Below are positions 26,304 through 32,000 of a stretch of DNA of 32,000 bases, in pieces. The stretch covers positions 300,001 to 332,000 of the forward strand of contig NZ_CP047931.1 in the NCBI RefSeq assembly GCF_014280175.1, read 5' to 3'. The DNA is from Synechococcus sp. A15-28 (GTDB lineage: Bacteria; Cyanobacteriota; Cyanobacteriia; PCC-6307; Cyanobiaceae). Below the pieces are notes generated by a model. That model saw nothing but the letters and a program-made list of their open reading frames with translations, was not told the origin of the DNA and did not search any database. Made by a program: the position numbers and the translations under genes. The first letter of the stretch is position 1; each line of letters begins with the position of its first letter.

Positions 26304-26447
26304 TCAGTGGGCGGTGCCGTTGCCGTCGTATTTGTCAGTGTTGTAGTAGCCGCCGCGGGTCCCGAAGAACAGGCAGGCCAGGGGGAACAGAACGATGCTG
26401 CCCAGCAGCACGGTTCCCAGATTGAAGCCGGAGAGGGCCGCGTTCAT
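26304..26447 (-). CDS. Small hydrophobic protein, 47 aa (below the ORF-track length cut-off)
   Basis: The ATG at 26447-26445 opens MNAALSGFNLGTVLLGSIVLFPLACLFFGTRGGYYNTDKYDGNGTAH-stop. It has one TM helix and strongly GC3-biased, host-like codons, and ends 2 nt before the creatininase start. Confidence 0.45.
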   Translation of the reverse strand: MNAALSGFNLGTVLLGSIVLFPLACLFFGTRGGYYNTDKYDGNGTAH

Positions 26448-26501
26448 GCAGTGCTTGATGGTGCACTCAGCTTGGCGGAACTGCAGCCAGCGTGCAGGGC
26501 A

Positions 26502-27221
26502 TCAGGGGGATTCTGTTGACAGTTCCGCTCCCTCCCCGGGCACGTCCAACCAGCTGCGCAGCCAGCCTGTGAGCCAGATGAACGGCAATGTGTCGGCCAA
26601 AGCGGCCAGCAGCTTGAACAGATACCCCCCGGCGATAAAACTGCCGAGCTGCGGCAGCAGAGCTTCGTCCGGATTCACCGGCAGAACGTGGGCGGCGAAA
26701 TGGCTGATCAGCACAACAGCGCTGGTGTCAACGAGCTGACTCACCAGGGTGGAGCCGTTGTTGCGCAACCAGAGCGCCTTGCCGTTGGTTCGGCGTTTCC
26801 AGAAATGAAACATCCGCACGTCCACGAACTGGGCAGTGAGATAGGCCACCATCGAGGCCCCGATCGATCCAAAGCTGAGCTGCTGGATCGTGCGGAAGGT
26901 TGTGTCATCGCTTCCCGGCATGGCTGGCAGGAGTCCGCCCAGCCAGAGGATCAGCAGCACCCAACCGTTGAGCAGAAGCCCCACCCAAACCAGTTGGTTG
27001 GCTTTCTCTTCCCCCCAGAGTTCGCTGATCAGATCCGTGCAGAGAAAGGTGACCGGATAAGGGAGGGCGCCGACGGCCACAACAATCGGCCAGCCACCAA
27101 TGCTCCCCAGCTGCAGAAAGCGCGTCAGTCCGAGGATGTTGAGCATGCCCAGCGTTCCAAGGAACAAGCCGGCAAGCACGAGGAAAACGGCTTCCCGCCT
27201 GGCTTTGACTGGGCTTGTCAC
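26502..27221 (-). CDS. yhhQ: Queuosine-precursor (preQ0/preQ1) transporter, YhhQ/DUF165 family
   Basis: 239 aa polytopic protein. [16 protein letters not shown], the FHFWKR-type segment (MFHFWKRRT) and LVSQLVDT are characteristic of the family. Confidence 0.75.
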   Translation of the reverse strand: MTSPVKARREAVFLVLAGLFLGTLGMLNILGLTRFLQLGSIGGWPIVVAVGALPYPVTFLCTDLISELWGEEKANQLVWVGLLLNGWVLLILWLGGLLPAMPGSDDTTFRTIQQLSFGSIGASMVAYLTAQFVDVRMFHFWKRRTNGKALWLRNNGSTLVSQLVDTSAVVLISHFAAHVLPVNPDEALLPQLGSFIAGGYLFKLLAALADTLPFIWLTGWLRSWLDVPGEGAELSTESP

Positions 27222-27278
27222 AGCCTGAGTGCTCTTGATGGTTCAAGGCTGATCGGGTCATGCAAGCCTGTCATCAGG

Positions 27279-27890
27279 ATGAAACCAATTCCTGTTCCGT
27301 TTTTTGAGCGATCGGCCGAGTTGGTGGGTCCTGACTTGGTGGGCTGCCGGTTGGTGAAACGCCAAGCCGATGGCAGCTTGCTCTGGGGCGTGATTGTGGA
27401 AACGGAGGCGTATTCCCAGGACGAGCCTGCCTGTCACGGCTACAGGCGCAGGACACCGCAGAACGAAACCCTGTTCGGTGAGCCCGGCCGGTTTTATGTG
27501 TACGTCAGCTATGGCATCCACCACTGCGTGAATGTGGTCACCGAGCGCGCCGAATGGGCCAATGGGGTTCTGCTCAGGGCTGCCGTTCTTCCCGGCGAAC
27601 CGGAACGGGTGGCGGCAGGCCCCGGCCTTCTGGCGCGGCGCTTCGGGCTCACGCGCAGCGATGACAGTCAGCCGGTGACGGGCGAACATGATGTGTGGCT
27701 GGCGCCACGCCCGGCCTCTCTCGACAGCCCGGAGCTTGTGACGACCACGCGCATCGGCATCTCCCAGGGACAGGACCTCCCCCTGCGCTGGTATCTCCGC
27801 CCCAGCCGCAGCGTGAGTCGCCGATCCAAAGGCGATCGCACGCCGAGCCTCACGACGGCCTGGCTGCCATCGGTGGAGGTAATGGGATGA
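27279..27890 (+). CDS. DNA-3-methyladenine glycosylase (Mpg/AAG family)
   Basis: Begins at [26 protein letters not shown] with ETEAY and [16 protein letters not shown] motifs. The listed ORF from 26688 extends antisense through yhhQ and is rejected. Confidence 0.85.
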   Translation: MKPIPVPFFERSAELVGPDLVGCRLVKRQADGSLLWGVIVETEAYSQDEPACHGYRRRTPQNETLFGEPGRFYVYVSYGIHHCVNVVTERAEWANGVLLRAAVLPGEPERVAAGPGLLARRFGLTRSDDSQPVTGEHDVWLAPRPASLDSPELVTTTRIGISQGQDLPLRWYLRPSRSVSRRSKGDRTPSLTTAWLPSVEVMG

Positions 27891-28936
27891 GTGGTTGGCA
27901 CCATCGCCATATTCTCGATCTGGCTGCTTTCTCCAGGGAGGATTACGCCGCGGTGCTCGACTTGGCGGAGCGATTTCGTTCCTTGCCCGTCACCGGAGCC
28001 CGCAAGCTTCCCGCGTTGCAGGGCCGCCTGGTGGCCACCCTCTTCTTCGAGCCCAGCACCCGCACCCGCAGCAGCTTTGAACTGGCGGCCAAGCGCCTTT
28101 CGGCCGATGTGCAGAGCTTTTCACCTTCATGCAGCTCCTTGAGCAAGGGTGAGAGCGTGCTGGATACCGCGCGCACCTACGTGGCCATGGGCGCTGATGT
28201 GCTGGTGGTCCGGCATCGCTCCACGGGGGTCCCCCAGCAACTGGCGGAGGATCTGGAATCCGCCGGAGAACGCACGGTTGTGCTGAATGGCGGTGATGGG
28301 TTGCACAGCCATCCCAGCCAGGGATTGCTGGATCTTCACACCCTGGCCAGGCACTTCGCGCCTCAGCACCCGATGCCGGAAGCCCTGCAGGGCAAGCGCA
28401 TTGTGATTGTCGGAGACATCCTTCACTCGCGGGTGGCTCGCTCCAATCTCTGGGCCCTCACCGCCTGCGGTGCGGATGTGGTGCTGTGTGGCCCGCCGAG
28501 TCTGGTGCCGGACGCCTTCCGTGAGTTCGTGGCGGAACCACCACCGGGTCAGTCTGTGGATCCAGCACCCCAGCGGGGATCGGTGCGGGTGGAGCGGCGT
28601 CTGGAGCGTGCCTTGCCAGGCGCTGATGCGGTGATGACGCTGCGTCTCCAGAAGGAACGGATGACGCAGCAGCTCCTCACAGGGTTGGAGCGCTATCACC
28701 GCGATTACGGCCTCAGCCACGAACGGCTGACCCTGTGCGGACAGCCGGTGCCGGTGCTGCACCCTGGCCCCGTCAACCGGGGTGTTGAGATGACGGGAGC
28801 TCTCCTGGACGATCCGTCGATCTGTTTGGTGGAAGAGCAGGTGCGGAACGGCGTCCCGATCCGCATGGCGTTGCTCTATCTGATGGCTGCTGCTGAATCG
28901 GCAGCGGAACCGTCACTGGTGTCGATCAGCTCCTGA
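27887..28936 (+). CDS. pyrB: Aspartate carbamoyltransferase catalytic subunit
   Basis: Begins at [12 protein letters not shown] (ATGA overlap with the upstream stop). It carries the [13 protein letters not shown] and HPGPVNRG motifs. Confidence 0.92.
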   Translation: MSGWHHRHILDLAAFSREDYAAVLDLAERFRSLPVTGARKLPALQGRLVATLFFEPSTRTRSSFELAAKRLSADVQSFSPSCSSLSKGESVLDTARTYVAMGADVLVVRHRSTGVPQQLAEDLESAGERTVVLNGGDGLHSHPSQGLLDLHTLARHFAPQHPMPEALQGKRIVIVGDILHSRVARSNLWALTACGADVVLCGPPSLVPDAFREFVAEPPPGQSVDPAPQRGSVRVERRLERALPGADAVMTLRLQKERMTQQLLTGLERYHRDYGLSHERLTLCGQPVPVLHPGPVNRGVEMTGALLDDPSICLVEEQVRNGVPIRMALLYLMAAAESAAEPSLVSISS

Positions 28937-30393
28937 GGCTGGGGATGTCCCGTCATCTGGTGGGAGTAGTAGTCCATAGCGGCCTTGAGAGCGGCATCGG
29001 GTTCGGCGATCGACACCCCTTCGCCGGCTTTCATCGGGAAGTGTGCATCCACAGCATCCAACGCCATGTGCTGGCTCGGCATGCCGGTGAGCAGGATGGC
29101 CGCACGTTGTTGCGTCAGCAGCGCGAAGATCCACTTGATCGATAGCGAGATGCGGTTTTCCCAGTCGGGGATCAGCACCAGGTGGACAAAGGCCCAGAGG
29201 ATCCAGCCAATGCCATCGGCAAAACGCAGGCCGCGCAGATCAGCGACGGCGCTGGCGCGATCGAGCACGGCCATGCTGCCGAAATCGAAGTAGCTGAACG
29301 TCGGTCTTGGCCTGTCAGCGACGATGGCGGCGATGTCTTTGCCGATGAAGGTTCCGGCCTGTTTGGCTGGGGCAGCCATGCCTGGGAGAGGTTTGCCGTT
29401 GGCCGTGTGGCTGTAGCTGCTGAGATCGCCGGCGACCCGGATTTCCGGGTGATCAGCGATCGAGAAGTCGTGCTGAACGACGACGCGACCGCCACGATCC
29501 ACCTCGCAAACTGTGGCCTCGGCCAGCTTCTTGCCGAGGCTCGACGCACGCACCCCGGCGGTCCAGATCACGGTGGCCGCCTGAATGCGGACGTCGCCAT
29601 CCGGTGTGCCGACGATCACCTCGCCCGGCCGCATGGTCTGGACACGACCCTGGGGCAGAAACTCGATGCCGTCAGCCTCCAGGGACTTCAGGGCTGCGGA
29701 CGACAACATCTCCGGCATAGCCCTGAGCACCCGATCACCAGGGTCGACCAGGACAATCCGGGTCTTCTTGGGATCCAGCTGTTTGAAGGCGTTGTTGAGG
29801 GCCCATCGCATCAGCTCGGAGACGGCGCCGGCCATTTCACAGCCGCTGGGGCCTGCTCCCACGATCACCACGGTCTGCAGGAACTGACGCGCTTCGGGGC
29901 CGGGGGTCTGTTCCGCCTGTTCCATCGCCATCAACAGACGCCGACGGATCTCTTCTGCGTGCTCGAGAATCTTCATCGGTGGCGCAAAGGTGCGCCATTC
30001 GTCATGGCCGAAGAACGTGCTGCCGGATCCCGTGGCCAGCACCAGGTGGTCGTAGCTGTAGGCCTTGCCGTTGAAAACGATCTGCTTGCCTTCGGGATAA
30101 ACGTTGGTCACCTCTCCCAGCAGCACCTGAACGTTGCTTTGCTTGCCAACCAGCTCCCGCAGGGGGGTGGCGATGTCTCCGCGGGACACCAGACCCGTGG
30201 AGACCTGATAAAGCAAAGGCTGGAACAGGTTGAAGTTGCGCTTGTCAATCAAGGTGATGCGCACATCCGCCTTGGCCAGAGCCTTGCAGGCATGCACACC
30301 GGCAAACCCCCCACCGACAATCACCACATGGGGTGCATGGCGGAGACGTTCCTCGGGGGGGTCCAGTTCAAGAAAGAAATGCTCGCCTGCCAT
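28876..30393 (-). CDS. Type II NADH dehydrogenase (NDH-2) with C-terminal extension
   Basis: 505 aa with two dinucleotide-binding motifs ([22 protein letters not shown]). The 3' end overlaps the convergent pyrB by 61 nt. Confidence 0.85.
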   Translation of the reverse strand: MAGEHFFLELDPPEERLRHAPHVVIVGGGFAGVHACKALAKADVRITLIDKRNFNLFQPLLYQVSTGLVSRGDIATPLRELVGKQSNVQVLLGEVTNVYPEGKQIVFNGKAYSYDHLVLATGSGSTFFGHDEWRTFAPPMKILEHAEEIRRRLLMAMEQAEQTPGPEARQFLQTVVIVGAGPSGCEMAGAVSELMRWALNNAFKQLDPKKTRIVLVDPGDRVLRAMPEMLSSAALKSLEADGIEFLPQGRVQTMRPGEVIVGTPDGDVRIQAATVIWTAGVRASSLGKKLAEATVCEVDRGGRVVVQHDFSIADHPEIRVAGDLSSYSHTANGKPLPGMAAPAKQAGTFIGKDIAAIVADRPRPTFSYFDFGSMAVLDRASAVADLRGLRFADGIGWILWAFVHLVLIPDWENRISLSIKWIFALLTQQRAAILLTGMPSQHMALDAVDAHFPMKAGEGVSIAEPDAALKAAMDYYSHQMTGHPQPQELIDTSDGSAADSAAAIR

Positions 30394-30465
30394 AGCTTCG
30401 AGGAAGGACTTTCCCGAAGGGTATGGATCTGATTCAGGTTTGTCCGTGCTCTGGTTGGCCTCGTG

Positions 30466-30789
30466 TCACAGCAGCTTGAAGGCTTCGAGAAACAGGCCGT
30501 AAAGCAGTCCGATTCGGCTCATGCCCAGCACTTGATGGAGAAGGGCCGATGAACCGCTGTTGCGCATTCGAACGGTGAATTCAGTGCCCACAACAACGAT
30601 GAAGGCTCCGATGGGATCCATCTGGCCCAGAACACCGGCCACAGAGGTGATGGCACTGCCCACGAAAAATCCAAACAGGGCCGCGATGCTGAGCACAGAC
30701 AACCGACGCCAGGGATTACTCGCCCAGGCTTCAATTTGTTGAAGAGCGTTCCCGAAGCTTCGTTGCAGACGCGTCGACTGAAGCTGCAC
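30466..30789 (-). CDS. Ycf20-like (DUF565) small membrane protein
   Basis: 107 aa with two or three TM segments and the NPWRRLSVLSIAALFGFFVG pattern typical of Ycf20-like proteins. Confidence 0.6.
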   Translation of the reverse strand: MQLQSTRLQRSFGNALQQIEAWASNPWRRLSVLSIAALFGFFVGSAITSVAGVLGQMDPIGAFIVVVGTEFTVRMRNSGSSALLHQVLGMSRIGLLYGLFLEAFKLL

Positions 30790-30928
30790 GATTGGCTTTT
30801 AAGGGAAAAGGGGCAGGGAAGAACGTTTGGTGATCCCCATCACCCGACCATAACCCTGCCAGCCATAGTGTGCACCACATCTAGTGGTTGTGCATGTATC
30901 AGGCCCTACAGATAGGGGAGAGTTCACG

Positions 30929-30952
30929 AAAAAGCCCGGGAATGTCCCGGGC
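30929..30952 (-). terminator. Rho-independent terminator downstream of the 31018..31218 ORF
   Basis: On the minus strand, GCCCGGGA-CAT-TCCCGGGC is followed by TTTTT. A second hairpin (AAAGCCC...GGGCTTT) lies at about 30975-30996. Confidence 0.6.
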
Positions 30953-31017
30953 CGGGGGATGGGGATTGGCGCAGCAAAGCCCTTCATCTGGGCTTTGGCA
31001 ACCCGCTTGCCAACAAC

Positions 31018-31218
31018 TCAGCTGGACTCAGCTTTCGCCTTTCTGGACGACTTGCCCTCCAGAAGCTCCAGAAGAGCTTCCATCTGGGCCATCACGCCGC
31101 GAACTTCTCCAGCTTCCGGCAGCAGGCCATCCTCCATGACGCCCTGATGCATCTCCCTGAGCTCCTGGCGGATGTAGCGCAGGTGACTAACGACTTGCTC
31201 GCGCTTCGACTGCGACAT
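31018..31218 (-). CDS. Small hydrophilic hypothetical protein (~66 aa)
   Basis: The ATG at 31218 is more plausible than the listed TTG at 31224. The protein is helical and charged, and a good terminator follows. No recognisable domain. Confidence 0.45.
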   Translation of the reverse strand: MSQSKREQVVSHLRYIRQELREMHQGVMEDGLLPEAGEVRGVMAQMEALLELLEGKSSRKAKAESS

Positions 31219-31417
31219 CGACAACAGGACATTTCACTCTTCCCTTTTACCCCATGGTGTGTCATGCCGTGGCAGGTACGGAGGTCTGACGGCTCCCAGG
31301 CCAGCCGCCAAGCTCAGCACAGAAAACGTCAACAGGGCATCTGGGCGCGCCAGCACAGCCAGCATCACGACAGCCGCGAGGGCGAAGTACCGACCCATAA
31401 GGGCCATCAATCATGTA

Positions 31418-31490
31418 TGGAGAATAGGGGACTCGAACCCCTGACCTCTGCGGTGCGATCGCAGCGCTCTACCAGCTGAGCTAATTCCCC
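31418..31490 (-). tRNA. tRNA-Ala (anticodon CGC)
   Basis: The reverse complement is GGGGAATTAGCTCAGCTGGTAGAGCGCTGCGATCGCACCGCAGAGGTCAGGGGTTCGAGTCCCCTATTCTCCA. It has the G3:U70 Ala identity pair and anticodon loop ATCGCAC. Confidence 0.9.
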
Positions 31491-31543
31491 GCCAGGTCAC
31501 GCTAGCCCTGAGTCACACTTGTTAGGTCAGGCCCGATGCAGCG

Positions 31544-31771
31544 ATGACCACCGCTCCAGGATCCGCCACCCCGATCACTCCCGAACGCCTGGCCCAGTTC
31601 GATGAAGAGTCCATCGCTGTTCTGGCGAGACGGTTGGATGAAGACGACTACCCCACACCGTTTGAAGGACTGTCGGACTGGCACCTGCTCCGTGCCCTGG
31701 CCATCCATCGTCCGGAACTGACGGCCCCCTTCGTGCACCTGGTGGATCAGGAACCGTTCGATGAGGACTAA
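31544..31771 (+). CDS. Small acidic conserved hypothetical protein
   Basis: 75 aa with host-like codon usage, immediately upstream of coaBC and overlapping it. Confidence 0.5.
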   Translation: MTTAPGSATPITPERLAQFDEESIAVLARRLDEDDYPTPFEGLSDWHLLRALAIHRPELTAPFVHLVDQEPFDED

Positions 31772-32000
31772 GGTCTCCACTCCTCTCAAGGGCCGGCGGC
31801 TTCTGGTTGCTGTCAGCGGCAGCATCGCTGCGGTGAAGACGCCGCTTCTGGTCAGTGCCCTGGTGAAGGCAGGGGCTGAAGTCCGCTGCCTGGTCACCCC
31901 CAGTGCAGCGAAGTTGGTGAGCCCGCTTGCCTTGGCGACCCTGAGTCGTCATCGCTGTTATGGGGAGGACGACGAATGGGACTCGTCCTGCAGTCGGCCG
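31761..32000 (+). CDS. coaBC: Phosphopantothenoylcysteine decarboxylase / phosphopantothenate-cysteine ligase, N-terminal fragment (continues beyond window)
   Basis: The frame is open from the ATG at 31761 to the window end. GRRLLVAVSGSIAAVKTPLLVSALVKAGAEVRCLVTPSAAKLV is the flavoprotein-domain N-terminus of CoaBC. Confidence 0.75.
   Translation, partial: MRTKVSTPLKGRRLLVAVSGSIAAVKTPLLVSALVKAGAEVRCLVTPSAAKLVSPLALATLSRHRCYGEDDEWDSSCSRP

Noticed and set aside
26688-27278. N-terminal 197-codon extension of the glycosylase ORF (listed as 26688..27890).
   Set aside because: The extension is antisense to the YhhQ-type transporter gene and has no similarity to Mpg/AAG proteins. Homology starts at MKPIPVPFF (27279).
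31234-31407. 57-codon minus-strand ORF (MALMGRYFALAAVVMLAVLARPDALLTFSVLSLAAGLGAV...) directly downstream of tRNA-Ala.
   Set aside because: It is hydrophobic and in a plausible gap. However, codon bias is only moderate, I see no obvious ribosome-binding context, and it starts 10 nt after a tRNA. Support is not enough to call it without conservation data.

Overview
Most of the window is high-GC (over 60% by eye) core chromosome that looks like a marine Synechococcus-type picocyanobacterium. The housekeeping genes are densely packed: thyX, txlA-like thioredoxin, a lytic transglycosylase, glmM, a sugar-kinase-like ATPase, an IctB/O-antigen-ligase-like protein, trmB, a FIST protein, ileS and a ycf66-like gene on the left. 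On the right are crtR, gatC, a creatininase, a YhhQ-type transporter, a 3-methyladenine glycosylase, pyrB, NDH-2, a Ycf20-like protein, tRNA-Ala and coaBC. At 13,661-24,098 the core is interrupted by a visibly AT-rich island of about 10.4 kb. It is bounded by a perfect 46-bp direct repeat that corresponds to the 5' half of tRNA-Leu(UAG); the intact tRNA is at 24,053-24,134. The right part of the island is a mobility and replication core: tyrosine integrase, Xis-like HTH, RHH protein, a PrimPol plus PriCT-2/VirE primase-helicase split by a single in-frame TAA, an iteron-like 8-mer array, a T7 endonuclease I homolog and a small serine recombinase. The left part is patchwork cargo: a metzincin fused to a catalytically dead second metzincin-like domain, a Ddl-like ATP-grasp ligase, a truncated small gene and two complementary tnpB fragments. 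I see no capsid, packaging or conjugation genes, so the island looks like a self-replicating integrative element of the satellite or tycheposon type. All family assignments come from motifs read by eye; no database search was possible. Most long ORFs antisense to the core genes are high-GC shadow ORFs.
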